Shown here: in pieces, positions 10,514 to 20,397 of the stretch
Numbering within the stretch: the first letter of the stretch is position 1
How the letters are laid out: each line of letters begins with the position of its first letter
NCBI GenBank assembly: GCA_963674755.2
Contig: CAXXVS010000001.1
Coordinates: 896,001-960,000, forward strand
DNA length: 64,000 nt
Direction: 5' to 3'
From: Desulfobacterales bacterium
GTDB lineage: Bacteria; Desulfobacterota; Desulfobacteria; Desulfobacterales; UBA5852
Notes under the pieces: model-generated
Databases searched by the model: none
What the model saw: only the letters and a program-made list of their open reading frames with translations
Told to the model about the DNA's origin: nothing
Translations under genes and position numbers: made by a program

Positions 10514-11617
10514 GTGGCGATGGCACGCGTCGATCTGAGAAAAGTGGTCAAACGGTACGGAAAAGTGGAAGTGGTGCACGGGATCGATCTGGAAATCAAC
10601 GACGTGGAATTCGTTGTCCTGGTGGGACCCTCGGGCTGCGGCAAATCCACCACCCTGCGCATGGTGGCCGGCCTGGAAGAGATCAGTGAGGGGGAAATCT
10701 TTATCGACGACCAGCGGATCAACGACCTGGCGCCCAAAGACCGCGGCGTGGCCATGGTGTTTCAAAACTACGCGCTTTACCCCCACATGAACGTTTACAA
10801 TAACATGGCGTTCGGGCTTAAACTGCGCAAAACATCCAAGGCCGAGATCGAGGAACGGGTCCAGCGGGCCGCCGCAACGTTGGGGTTGACGGACTATCTG
10901 AAGCGCAAACCCCACGAGCTCTCGGGCGGCCAACGCCAGCGGGTGGCCATGGGACGGGCCATTGTCCGTAATCCCAAGGTATTTTTGTTTGACGAGCCCC
11001 TCTCCAACCTGGATGCCAAACTGCGCACCCAGATGCGCATCGAGATCAAGCTGTTGCACCAGAAGGTCCAGAACACGATCATTTACGTTACCCACGACCA
11101 GGTGGAAGCCATGACCCTGGCCGATCGCATCGTGGTCATGCGGGACGGATATATCGAACAGGTGGGGGCCCCGCTGGATATTTTCGAGAATCCGGTCAAC
11201 ACGTTTGTGGCCGGTTTCATCGGCAGCCCTCCCATGAATCTCGTGCCGGCCAGGCTGCAAAGCGAAACGGACGGTCTGGTGCTGGTTTTCGAGGGCGGTT
11301 TGCGGGTCCCGGTGCCCGCCAAGGCCGGCCGGGAACTCCAGGCCGGTCGGGAGGTGATCATGGGGCTGCGCACCGAAGACATCACCATCGACAACGGCGA
11401 TAGCAAACTGCCCGAAGCATGGAAGGCGGAAGGCCTCGTGGAGGTGGTGGAACCGCTGGGCAGCGAAACCAATCTCCACATGGATTTCTCCGGCACCAAA
11501 ATGATCGCCAGGAGCGAGGGGCGCAAACTTGTCCACGCGCACAAGCGCATCCGGCTGGCCATGAATCTCAATCACCTGCATTTATTTGACGCCCGTACCA
11601 CGGAAGCGATCTATTAA
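10514..11617 (+). CDS. ugpC: sugar/G3P ABC transporter ATP-binding protein
   Basis: GPSGCGKST, LSGGQRQR, DEPLSNLD and TOBE C-terminus; divergent from ugpB. Confidence 0.88.
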   Translation: MAMARVDLRKVVKRYGKVEVVHGIDLEINDVEFVVLVGPSGCGKSTTLRMVAGLEEISEGEIFIDDQRINDLAPKDRGVAMVFQNYALYPHMNVYNNMAFGLKLRKTSKAEIEERVQRAAATLGLTDYLKRKPHELSGGQRQRVAMGRAIVRNPKVFLFDEPLSNLDAKLRTQMRIEIKLLHQKVQNTIIYVTHDQVEAMTLADRIVVMRDGYIEQVGAPLDIFENPVNTFVAGFIGSPPMNLVPARLQSETDGLVLVFEGGLRVPVPAKAGRELQAGREVIMGLRTEDITIDNGDSKLPEAWKAEGLVEVVEPLGSETNLHMDFSGTKMIARSEGRKLVHAHKRIRLAMNLNHLHLFDARTTEAIY

Positions 11618-11896
11618 ATCGGCGGGGCCCTGGCCGCAAGCATTCCGATCGGTTTGAGGCCCCAGGGGCCGGTCGGGCCTGACATCGACCTACCATTCCT
11701 GACCAGACCACAGACAGATCAAATCCGGCCGATCGGTTTGCCCTCCGATCCCCTCTATTACCATCGAAACCGAAATCCCCCGGCTTGATCTACAGGCGAA
11801 GGCGATTATCTTAAAGGGCGATTTCCGATCAACGATCGTTTTTTATGTCCGCCTTTTTCATCAGAATTTACCACCGATCAAAGGGAGAACCAACGC

Positions 11897-12358
11897 GTGA
11901 TGACAACGACTGCCAATCCCTATCTCATCCGTTGCCCGCATTGCCGGACGCGCAACCGCATTCCGGCCGACAAGCTGGGTGCCGTGGCGCGCTGCGGTAA
12001 ATGCCAGGGGGCGATACCCACCGCGGAGGTGCTCACCCCCCAGCCCCAGTTGGTAACGGACGCCAATTTTGAGCAAACCATCCTGCAATCCCCCATCCCG
12101 GCCCTTGTTTTCGCCTGGGCGCCCTGGTGCGGCACCTGTACCCAGGTGGCCCCGGCCTTCGACCGTTTCGCCCGGGAGGCCAAGGGACGCGTCCGCTCAG
12201 CTAAACTCAACGTGGACGCCAACCGGCAGCTCGCCACCCGTTTCAATATCCTCAGCGTCCCGTTTCTGTTCGTTTTCGACAACGGCCAGTTGAAGCAGAG
12301 CCTGCCCGGCGTTCAGACCACCCACGAGCTGATGATGCTGATGGCGCCCTATATTTAG
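11897..12358 (+). CDS. trxC: TrxC-like thioredoxin with N-terminal zinc finger
   Basis: CPHC...CGKC zinc finger and WAPWCGTC active site. Confidence 0.8.
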   Translation: MMTTTANPYLIRCPHCRTRNRIPADKLGAVARCGKCQGAIPTAEVLTPQPQLVTDANFEQTILQSPIPALVFAWAPWCGTCTQVAPAFDRFAREAKGRVRSAKLNVDANRQLATRFNILSVPFLFVFDNGQLKQSLPGVQTTHELMMLMAPYI

Positions 12359-12376
12359 GCCGGCCGGAGTCCTCCT

Positions 12377-13324
12377 ATGCCCGCCGTCGTGCCTGCAAAC
12401 CAATCCAGCCCTTTGGAAGACGCGCTCCGCACCGCGCTGGCCGCGGGCGTCGTGCTCACCGCGCCGGTTCGCCGTTTCATGGAGGCCACCTTCGGCGCTG
12501 CCTCGCCGGCTGCTTTGCAGGCGCTGCTGGATGATGAATCCGATGCCGAGCGGGATTCCCTGCTGGATCTGCTCTTTTTCCCGGATGACACCCTGCAGGC
12601 GGCTCTCGAACCTATTCTGGCAAAGCACGTCCTATCGAAGGGTGACGTTGCCCGCCTGGCAGCCCGTCTCAAGGCCGAACCGGGCATGGCACGTTTTATT
12701 TTTCCCGGGGCACAGGTCCCTGTCACCGCGGTGCTGCCGGCCTTCGGGGTGGATGCCTTCCTGGGCCGCTTGAATCTCACCTGGCAGCCCGCGGCGGCGC
12801 TCGAGGCGGTGCTTGAAGAGGTGGATGCCCGGCCCCTGTCCGCCACCGGTGATTCCCGGGATGGGTATCTTCGGCTGCGGGTTTGGCTGCGCAACGCCGC
12901 GCTGAGGCAGACACCGGTCCCGGTCCGGTTTTTGTGCGACTTCCTGACCCGGCGGTCCCTCGATGACGCAGCCTTTGTCGACCAATTACAGTTCAGTCTC
13001 GTCTTCTTGAAAGAGCATGAAGGTGCGGTCAATTTGTATGCCGCCCTGATGAACCGTAAAAAATTTATTTTCCGGCATCTTATGGACGCCCGAAGATCGG
13101 CGGCCAGGGCCGCCTGCAGCAACATGGAGACCCTGGTCATGACCGGTGTGCGCACCCCCTACTTCGATGTCCCCCGGGGAGAGCGCACCCTGGCGCTGAT
13201 CGATGCCATTGCGATGGCCGTGTACGGCCGCACGGAACCGCTGGAAGGCGCACCACGGGAAGTCGATCTCGGTGAACACGCGGAAGGATTGGACACGGCG
13301 GAATTGATCCGCAGACTCTCTTAA
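12377..13324 (+). CDS. hypothetical protein
   Basis: 315 aa ORF with GGAG RBS directly after the thioredoxin gene; no recognised motif. Confidence 0.7.
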   Translation: MPAVVPANQSSPLEDALRTALAAGVVLTAPVRRFMEATFGAASPAALQALLDDESDAERDSLLDLLFFPDDTLQAALEPILAKHVLSKGDVARLAARLKAEPGMARFIFPGAQVPVTAVLPAFGVDAFLGRLNLTWQPAAALEAVLEEVDARPLSATGDSRDGYLRLRVWLRNAALRQTPVPVRFLCDFLTRRSLDDAAFVDQLQFSLVFLKEHEGAVNLYAALMNRKKFIFRHLMDARRSAARAACSNMETLVMTGVRTPYFDVPRGERTLALIDAIAMAVYGRTEPLEGAPREVDLGEHAEGLDTAELIRRLS

Positions 13325-13496
13325 CAATTCGTGGATAAAAGGCGCCTCAGGCCGAAATGCTGCGTTGGCCGCCTGCGCGGCATTACTCGTCTGATCATAG
13401 AGACAAGGGTGAGTCACCACCTCGCGAAATGGCTCACAACCCTGATGGCTGCTGCGGTGCCTTGACTTTCATCCTGTTGCTTATCCACGGCCTGTT
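13323..13496. repeat. degenerate palindromic MITE/REP-like element
   Basis: Imperfect TIR AACAATTCGTGGATAA / TTATCCACGGCCTGTT with inner GCGTTG...GCCTTG motif. Confidence 0.55.
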
Positions 13497-13578
13497 GAGG
13501 TCCTAAGACGGGTGTTTACAAGCGGGTTCATTTCTCATAAAGAACCCACACCAACGCATCCGGAAAAAAAGGATTCCT

Positions 13579-14271
13579 ATGAAGATTACCCGATTAAGCC
13601 TGTACCGCGCGCTTGTGTGGCTCGGAATCGTTTTACTCACGACGTCCATGGGGGGCGCGGTCTACGGTCAGGCCGAAGCGCCGACGGATATCGATCCCCT
13701 GGCGGGCGAAATCCTCAACCATGTCGAAAAGCGTTATACCCGTTCGGCCTTCACGGCGCGCTTTACGATCGAATCAACCCTGAAAGCCATGCAGGTCACG
13801 GATACCGCTTCCGGGCGCCTGCTGGTCAAATACCCTGGTAAAATGCGCTGGGAGTATGAAAAGCCCGAGCCCATGCTCTTCATCACCGATGGGGAGACGC
13901 TCTGGATGTACCAGCCCCAGGCGCGTCAGGTGACCGTGGGCCAGGCGGATGAGGTGCTGGGCGGCAGCCAGGGGGCCAGTTTTCTGTCGGACATGCGCCT
14001 GCTGCGGCGGCAGTTCCGGATCGAACTGGATCCCAGCGGCAGCGATGCGACCGCCCGGCTCAAACTGATTCCCCGGGAGAACACCTTTGATATCGCCTCC
14101 ATCACGCTCACGATTTCCCGGGCCACTTACGAAGTGGTGGAAGTATTGACCGTCAACCTGTACGACGACACGACACGGATCATGTTCCACGATATCAAAT
14201 TTGAGCAGAACCTGCCGGATGACTTGTTTCATTTTGAGATACCCAAGGGCGTAGAAGTCCTGGAATTCTAG
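13579..14271 (+). CDS. lolA: outer-membrane lipoprotein carrier protein
   Basis: Signal peptide, KYPGKMRWEYEKP, ITDGETLWMY and FHFEIPKGVEV motifs. Confidence 0.88.
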   Translation: MKITRLSLYRALVWLGIVLLTTSMGGAVYGQAEAPTDIDPLAGEILNHVEKRYTRSAFTARFTIESTLKAMQVTDTASGRLLVKYPGKMRWEYEKPEPMLFITDGETLWMYQPQARQVTVGQADEVLGGSQGASFLSDMRLLRRQFRIELDPSGSDATARLKLIPRENTFDIASITLTISRATYEVVEVLTVNLYDDTTRIMFHDIKFEQNLPDDLFHFEIPKGVEVLEF

Positions 14272-14395
14272 GCGGTCGCGTAAAATGGACAATATCGGCG
14301 TTGTGCGGCGCTCCTCGTCAGTGCGGCGTACCTGATGTACGCCTCCCTCCTCGGAACTTGCACGCCTTGATCTTGTCCATTTTACGCAACCGCCT
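14270..14395. repeat. palindromic MITE/REP-like element
   Basis: 23-bp TIR with one mismatch (AGGCGGTCGCGTAAAATGGACAA / TTGTCCATTTTACGCAACCGCCT); core matches the 4059-4200 element. Confidence 0.85.
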
Positions 14396-14494
14396 GGAAG
14401 ATGTTCTGATGATTTTATCCCCATTGGTGACACAACGTCTGGGATCGATTTTTAACTGTTCAGCGTCAACCGAAGCAATAGGAGACGAGCTGCG

Positions 14495-15391
14495 ATGGAA
14501 GACCAGATACGGTCCTTGTTGAAGAAGCGCCGGGCGATTTTGCTGGCCCATAATTACCAGCCCCCCGAAATCCAGGATGTGGCCGATTTTTGCGGTGACT
14601 CGCTGGAGTTGAGCATCAAGGCCGCCCGCACGGAAGCCGAGGTGATCGTCTTCTGCGGGGTGCATTTCATGGCCGAGACGGCTTCCATTCTGTCGCCTGG
14701 AAAGACCGTTCTTTTGCCCCGGACCGATGCGGGCTGTCCCATGGCCGATATGGTGACGCCGGAAGCGCTCATGGCCAAATTGGCCACCCTGCCGTCCATG
14801 CCGGTGGTGACCTACGTCAATTCAAGCGCCGCCGTCAAAGCGCTCTCCACCATCTGCTGCACCTCGGCCAACGCTTTCGAGGTCGTCGAGAGCCTGGAGG
14901 CCGAAGAGGTTCTCATGGTGCCGGACCGCAACCTGGCCCGCAATACGGCCGCCCGCAGCTCAAAGAAAATCCACACCTGGGAGGGCTACTGTCCGTTCCA
15001 CAACCTGCTGACGGTGGAAGAGGTTCAGGCGGCCAAGGCCGAACATCCCGGAGCGATGTTCATGGCCCACCCCGAATGCCCGCCGGAGGTGGTCGCCCTG
15101 GCGGATGCCACGGTCAGCACGTCCGGCATGATTCGCTACGCCCGGCAGTCCAGGGCCTCGTCCTTCCTCGTGGGCACCGAAGTGGGGATGCGCTATCCCC
15201 TTGAAAAAGCCTGCCCGGACAAGGTGTTTCACATGGTCTCCCCGCGGATGCGCTGCGACGACATGAAGAAAATCACCCTGGCTGATATCGTGCGCTGCCT
15301 GGAGACCCTGGAAGGGGAAGTCAAGGTGCCGGAGGATGTCCGGCAGCCGGCCCTGAAGTCCGTGGAGCGCATGATTGCCGTCTCGGGCTAA
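14495..15391 (+). CDS. nadA: quinolinate synthase
   Basis: AHNYQ, GDSLELS, FCGVHFMAET, AGCPMAD, YVNS and AHPEC motifs. Confidence 0.96.
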   Translation: MEDQIRSLLKKRRAILLAHNYQPPEIQDVADFCGDSLELSIKAARTEAEVIVFCGVHFMAETASILSPGKTVLLPRTDAGCPMADMVTPEALMAKLATLPSMPVVTYVNSSAAVKALSTICCTSANAFEVVESLEAEEVLMVPDRNLARNTAARSSKKIHTWEGYCPFHNLLTVEEVQAAKAEHPGAMFMAHPECPPEVVALADATVSTSGMIRYARQSRASSFLVGTEVGMRYPLEKACPDKVFHMVSPRMRCDDMKKITLADIVRCLETLEGEVKVPEDVRQPALKSVERMIAVSG

Positions 15392-15424
15392 GCATGCGCT
15401 CAATCCCCAATAACCGTTTCTATT

Positions 15425-15577
15425 ATCGGGTTAGGAATCGAAATCAGGTTCGGAATCGTGCTGTCTTGCAAGATCTGTCATCCGGCACCAGGAGAAAGGT
15501 GCCTCCGTTTAGCCCTATGAGGTCAAAGGGATCGCTTTTGTCTCGATTTCGATAGCGATCCCGATTGCGCTCCGGAT
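15425..15577. repeat. inverted pair of ATCGNN hexamer arrays
   Basis: Six degenerate ATCGNN units at 15425-15460 facing six NNCGAT units at 15542-15577. Confidence 0.55.
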
Positions 15578-15634
15578 GTTTCACACCACCCCGCCGGCCT
15601 TTGGCCGTCATCTGAAAGTAAATACCATCTGAAC

Positions 15635-15684
15635 AACCCATAAAACGCGGACGCCTCCCAACCGGCGCCCGCGTTTTATGGGTT
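15635..15684. terminator. hairpin between convergent nadA and yebC
   Basis: AACCCATAAAACGCGG / CCGCGTTTTATGGGTT perfect 16-bp arms. Confidence 0.7.
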
Positions 15685-15705
15685 TAGCCAGTGGCCGGCG
15701 GTGGG

Positions 15706-16446
15706 TCAGTCGTCCACCATATCGTCCGGGATGTCGGCGTTGGTGTAGACTTTCTGGACATCGTCGCAGTTGTCCAGCATGTCCATGAGGCGGATCATCT
15801 GCTGGGCCTCCTTGCCCTCCAGGCTGGTGGTGTTCTGGGGCAGCATGGTAACTTCGGCGTCGATGTAGGGGATGCCGGCGGTATCGATGGCCTCCTTGAC
15901 GGTTTCGAAATCCTCGGGGGCCGTGATGACCTCGAAATTGCTGCCATCCTCGCGAACATCCTCGGCCCCGGCTTCCAGGGCGACTTCCATGAGCCGGTCT
16001 TCCTCGGCGGCCGATTTTTCAACCACCAGATAACCTTTGGTGTCGAACATCCAGGCCACGCAGCCCCCCGCGCCCAGGTTGCCGCCGCATTTGCTGAAGC
16101 AATGCCGGATTTCGGAAACGGCCCGGTTCTTGTTGTCCGACAGGGACTCCACGAAAACCGCCGCCCCGCCCGGGCCGTAGCCCTCGTAGGTGCTTTCTTC
16201 GTAGCTCACGCCCTCCAGCTCGCCGGTTCCTTTCTTGATGGCCCGGTCCATGTTGTCCTTGGGCATGTTTTCGGTCTTGGCCGTATCCACGGCCCGGCGC
16301 AGCCGGGGGTTGGCGTTGATGTCGCCGCCCCCCATGCGGGCGGCCACGGTGATTTCCTTGATGAGTTTCGTAAAGACTTTGCCCCGCCGGGCGTCGGCCG
16401 CCCCCTTGCGGTGTTTGATATTGGCCCACTTACTGTGCCCTGACAT
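15706..16446 (-). CDS. yebC: YebC/PmpR family protein
   Basis: [14 protein letters not shown] and YEGYGPGG signatures. Confidence 0.96.
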   Translation of the reverse strand: MSGHSKWANIKHRKGAADARRGKVFTKLIKEITVAARMGGGDINANPRLRRAVDTAKTENMPKDNMDRAIKKGTGELEGVSYEESTYEGYGPGGAAVFVESLSDNKNRAVSEIRHCFSKCGGNLGAGGCVAWMFDTKGYLVVEKSAAEEDRLMEVALEAGAEDVREDGSNFEVITAPEDFETVKEAIDTAGIPYIDAEVTMLPQNTTSLEGKEAQQMIRLMDMLDNCDDVQKVYTNADIPDDMVDD

Positions 16447-17067
16447 TTATGCCTCCTGTTTTTTCCCCTTGCCGATCACGAAAATCTCACGGCTGGCCTT
16501 GCGGCTGCTTTGGGGTTTGTAGATATGACAGCGGTCAAACTGCTGCTTTACACGTTCGTTAAAGGTTGCCGAATCCGGTCCCTGGAAAATCTTGCAGACC
16601 AATCCGCCCCCCGGCCGCAGATAGTCCTGGGCGACGGCCAGGGCCCTTTCGCACAGGTTCAACGAGCGGGCGGCGTCCACGTCCCGGTGGCCGCTGGTGG
16701 CCGGGGCCATGTCGCTGATCACGCAATGGAATCCCCGGCCCAGCAACTCAGTGACGTCCCCGGGCAGATCGAAAATATCAGCCACGATCGTTTGGGTGTT
16801 GCGGGGCAGCGTCATGTTTACCGGCTTTAAATCCACCCCCAACACAGAACCCTTGGGCCCCACGACTTCGGCTGCATATTTCAGCCAGGATCCCGGAGCG
16901 CAGCCCAGGTCGAGAACCCGGCTGCCGGCGCGCAGCAATCGATAGCGCTTCTGAATTTCCTGAAGCTTATAGACCGATCGGGCCGGGTAATTGTCCTTGC
17001 GCGCCTGGCGCGTATAGTGGTCCGCCCAACGGTTGTGGCTGCCTGGTTTGGTTGTTTTTCGGGGCAT
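16447..17067 (-). CDS. rlmE: 23S rRNA Um2552 methyltransferase
   Basis: ARSVYKL, DLGCAPGSW, SDMAP, KIFQG and SREIF motifs. Confidence 0.93.
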   Translation of the reverse strand: MPRKTTKPGSHNRWADHYTRQARKDNYPARSVYKLQEIQKRYRLLRAGSRVLDLGCAPGSWLKYAAEVVGPKGSVLGVDLKPVNMTLPRNTQTIVADIFDLPGDVTELLGRGFHCVISDMAPATSGHRDVDAARSLNLCERALAVAQDYLRPGGGLVCKIFQGPDSATFNERVKQQFDRCHIYKPQSSRKASREIFVIGKGKKQEA

Positions 17068-17206
17068 GCGGGTCTGCGCCGCCCGCGACTGCGGACGTTA
17101 ATTCCTTGTCTTTACTTGATAAAAGCGGTCTTCTATACACTTAAAACAGGGGTGAAGTCAAGACGGGGGCCTATGGATTTGCCTGAACAGGGGGCAAAGA
17201 CCGATC

Positions 17207-18577
17207 TCAGAAGAGCTGTTCCAGGGCATCTTCCACCGTTTTGACGCCGATGGTCGTGATCCCCGGCACGGTGCCCAGACGGCGGATGTTGCCCTGGGGC
17301 ACCAGGCAGCGTTTGAAGCCCATCTTGGCGGCTTCCATGGCACGGATATCCACATGGCCCACCGCACGGACCTCGCCGGTGAGCCCCACTTCCCCTAAAA
17401 TGAGCATGTCGGCCGGCACGGCCTTGTCCATGAAGCTCGAGGCGATGGCCGCCACCACGGCCAGGTCCACGGCCGGTTCGTCCACCTTGACCCCGCCGGC
17501 CACATTCATGAACACATCCTGGCCGATCAGATGCAGGCCGAGTTTTTTCTCCATGACGGCCACCAGCAGGGCTACCCGGTGGGCGTCGAGACCCAGGATG
17601 GTGCGCCGCGGGGTTCCGGTATTCGTGCCGCTGACCAAAGCCTGGAGCTCCAGCAAAATCGGCCGGCTGCCCTCCATGCTGGCGGTCACGGCCGAGCCGG
17701 GCGCGCCGGCCGGGCGTTCGGACAGGAAGACGGCCGAGGGATTGGCGACTTCCACCAGCCCCTGGTCGCGCATCTCGAACACCCCGATTTCGTTGGTGGA
17801 GCCGAAGCGGTTCTTGACGGCGCGCAGGACCCTGAAAATATGGTTGCGGTCCCCTTCGAAGTAGAGCACGGTGTCCACCATGTGCTCCAGCAGGCGGGGA
17901 CCGGCAATGGCGCCGTCCTTGGTGACATGGCCCACCAGCAGCACGGGGATGCCCGATTTCTTGGCCATCATCATCAGACGCAGGGTGCATTCGCGCACCT
18001 GGCTGACGCTGCCCGGGGCCGAAGTCAGCGCGCTGTTGAACATGGTCTGGATGGAGTCCACCACCACCACCCGGGGCTGATGGGTTTCCACCATCTGGAT
18101 GATGGCCTCCACGTCGATTTCCGATACCACCAGCATGCCGGAGGCCACGGTCTCCAGGCGCTGGCTGCGCAGGCGGATCTGGCGGATGGATTCCTCGCCG
18201 GAGACATACAACACCTTGCCGTGCTGCCGGGCCAGGCCGTAAAGGGCTTGCAACATCAGGGTGGACTTGCCGATGCCCGGATCGCCGCCGATCAATACCA
18301 GGCTGCCGGCCACCAGTCCGCCGCCCAGGACCCGGTCCAGTTCGGCGAGGGACGTTTGGCAGCGCTGCTCCGCTTCCAGATCGACATGATCGATGGGGAC
18401 CGGCTCGGAAGCGCCCATGGATCCCCGCCGGCCGGTGTTGGGGCTCGATACCTGGCGGGTGGATTCCACCATGGTGTCCCACTCCCGGCACTCCGGACAG
18501 CGCCCCATCCAGCGCAGGGCCTCATAGCCGCAGGATTGGCAGGTGAAGATGGTTTTGGTCTTGCGGGGCACGGCCAT
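17207..18577 (-). CDS. radA: DNA repair protein RadA/Sms
   Basis: CQSC..CPEC zinc finger, GDPGIGKST and KNRFG; start placed at ATG 18577. Confidence 0.96.
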   Translation of the reverse strand: MAVPRKTKTIFTCQSCGYEALRWMGRCPECREWDTMVESTRQVSSPNTGRRGSMGASEPVPIDHVDLEAEQRCQTSLAELDRVLGGGLVAGSLVLIGGDPGIGKSTLMLQALYGLARQHGKVLYVSGEESIRQIRLRSQRLETVASGMLVVSEIDVEAIIQMVETHQPRVVVVDSIQTMFNSALTSAPGSVSQVRECTLRLMMMAKKSGIPVLLVGHVTKDGAIAGPRLLEHMVDTVLYFEGDRNHIFRVLRAVKNRFGSTNEIGVFEMRDQGLVEVANPSAVFLSERPAGAPGSAVTASMEGSRPILLELQALVSGTNTGTPRRTILGLDAHRVALLVAVMEKKLGLHLIGQDVFMNVAGGVKVDEPAVDLAVVAAIASSFMDKAVPADMLILGEVGLTGEVRAVGHVDIRAMEAAKMGFKRCLVPQGNIRRLGTVPGITTIGVKTVEDALEQLF

Positions 18578-19009
18578 GGGGATTTCGCGATGTCCTTTCG
18601 GCGTTGGGAGAGACCGGTTAGTAGGCCGGTCCAGCTTACGATTCAGGCGATCGTATAGCATGACCGGGAAGCCGGCAGCAAGCTGACGGCGACGACGGAT
18701 GGCTGTGGTGGGGGACTAAAGCGGGGTCGGAATGGGCCGATAAGGCAATCGAGCCCTGATTTCCCATGCCCTCCCCTGGACAGGGCGAATGATTATGGTA
18801 TTATTGATTCACAGGCAGCTTGGCAGGCGATCCGGGGTGGCGGATCATCCATTCCCACGGCAATCCTTCCTTCATAAGCGCACGCAAGACTTGCCAATGC
18901 GATGATTCATGCTGATGATTTTTTCTTGTCGACGGCCCTGCGAAAAACGCCGCCGGCCAACCGCCCGGTGGCGTGCCGGAAAATGAAACCATCATTGAGG
19001 AGATGGCGG

Positions 19010-19897
19010 ATGATGAGGCCATTCCAAAAAATAGGATCCCTTATAGCGGCCGTTCTCATCAGCGTTTTAACGATACCGCTTGTCCAGGCGGAGGAAGCCC
19101 GCAACCTTGAAACGACACCGGGGTTTTTTGTCGCCCTGCAGACCCGGCTTTTCCAGGACGGATTCGACCCGGAGACCATACGCCATATCTACGCCCAACC
19201 GGGGGTCAACTTAGACATCAAGGGGGTCGGCCTTTTTTTCAGGCACAGCGAAGCCCGTCTGGACTATGATCAGTTTCTCCAACGCCGCCGTATCCAGATG
19301 GCGCGTGCCTATATGCTCGAACACAGCGGCGCCCTATCCATGACGGAGGATCAATATGGCGTTCCGGGGGAGGTCGTTACCGCCATCATTCTGGTGGAAA
19401 CCCAGCTGGGCACCCTGGTGGGCAATCAGACCGTGTTCAATATCCTGTCGACCATGGCGGCCCTGGACGACGCCCAGGTCCGGAAGGCCTTCTGGAAAGA
19501 GCTGCCCCGGGAAGGACGTCTGTCCCGCAAGGCCTTTGAGAAAAAGGCGGATCAAAAATCGCGCTGGGCCTACAACGAACTCAAGGCCCTGCTGCGCTTC
19601 GTGGCCACCGAAAACATGGATCCCGTGACCATCCGGGGGTCCTATGCCGGCGCCATGGGTTATTGCCAGTTCATGCCCAGCAATGTCCTGCATCTGGGGG
19701 TGGACGGCAACGGGGATGAACGCGTTGATCTGTTCGATCATACCGATGCCATCGCCAGCGTGGGCAACTATCTCAAACACCACGGCTGGAAGCCGGGTAT
19801 GACGCGCGCCCAGCAGGTCAAGGTGATCCTCAAGTACAACTACAGCAAACCTTACGCGAACACGATCCTCAAAATCGCCGATCGTTTGAAGGGATAG
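19010..19897 (+). CDS. mltB: lytic murein transglycosylase B family
   Basis: AIILVETQLG, GSYAGAMGYCQFMPS, DAIASVGNYL and YNYS motifs; start approximate. Confidence 0.88.
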   Translation: MMRPFQKIGSLIAAVLISVLTIPLVQAEEARNLETTPGFFVALQTRLFQDGFDPETIRHIYAQPGVNLDIKGVGLFFRHSEARLDYDQFLQRRRIQMARAYMLEHSGALSMTEDQYGVPGEVVTAIILVETQLGTLVGNQTVFNILSTMAALDDAQVRKAFWKELPREGRLSRKAFEKKADQKSRWAYNELKALLRFVATENMDPVTIRGSYAGAMGYCQFMPSNVLHLGVDGNGDERVDLFDHTDAIASVGNYLKHHGWKPGMTRAQQVKVILKYNYSKPYANTILKIADRLKG

Positions 19898-19899
19898 CA

Positions 19900-20109
19900 A
19901 TGACATTCAAGATGGCCCTGACCGTTATCGTGGCCAGTATCCCCTTTTTCGTCCTGACGGTTTGGGCCCTGGTGGATGTATTTGTGAAAGAGTTCGGCAG
20001 CACCGGCCGCAAGGCCCTGTGGGCCCTGGTTGCCGCCGTGCCCTTCGTGGGCGCCCCGGTTTACCTGCTTTTCGGTTTTCGTCAGGGGCGTAAGCCTGAG
20101 CAAGCCTAA
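19900..20109 (+). CDS. small PLDc_N-domain membrane protein
   Basis: 69 aa, two TM segments, KALW...VPFVG..VYLLFG pattern. Confidence 0.75.
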   Translation: MTFKMALTVIVASIPFFVLTVWALVDVFVKEFGSTGRKALWALVAAVPFVGAPVYLLFGFRQGRKPEQA

Positions 20110-20149
20110 GCTGCCGGTGGTGTCGCTTGGCGCGCTGAGCTGAAAGGGT

Positions 20150-20178
20150 TTGACAAGCTTAAAGGTTTCCGGTAAATG
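20150..20178 (+). promoter_or_regulatory. putative sigma70 promoter of tRNA-Glu
   Basis: TTGACA-17 nt-TAAATG ending 20 bp upstream of the tRNA; -10 match is weak. Confidence 0.45.
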
Positions 20179-20198
20179 CACTCTACATTTCTTACCGT

Positions 20199-20273
<75 letters not shown>

Positions 20274-20284
20274 CTGATAATATC

Positions 20285-20322
20285 AGGGGCTTACAGTATT
20301 TTGTAAGCCCCTATTTTTTTTT
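20285..20322 (+). terminator. intrinsic terminator after tRNA-Glu
   Basis: AGGGGCTTACA / TGTAAGCCCCT hairpin followed by a T tract. Confidence 0.8.
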
Positions 20323-20362
20323 GTCCAAGGGAAAAGGGGTCAAAAAGGGGTCAAGTCTGCCC

Positions 20363-20391
20363 TTGACGCATACTGATGTTTTTTCTACTTT
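20363..20391 (+). promoter_or_regulatory. sigma70-like promoter with -35 inside the left TIR; predicted leaderless mRNA
   Basis: TTGACG-17 nt-TACTTT, ATG begins 7 nt after the -10 hexamer, no SD sequence. Confidence 0.6.
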
Positions 20392-20397
20392 CCTTTC

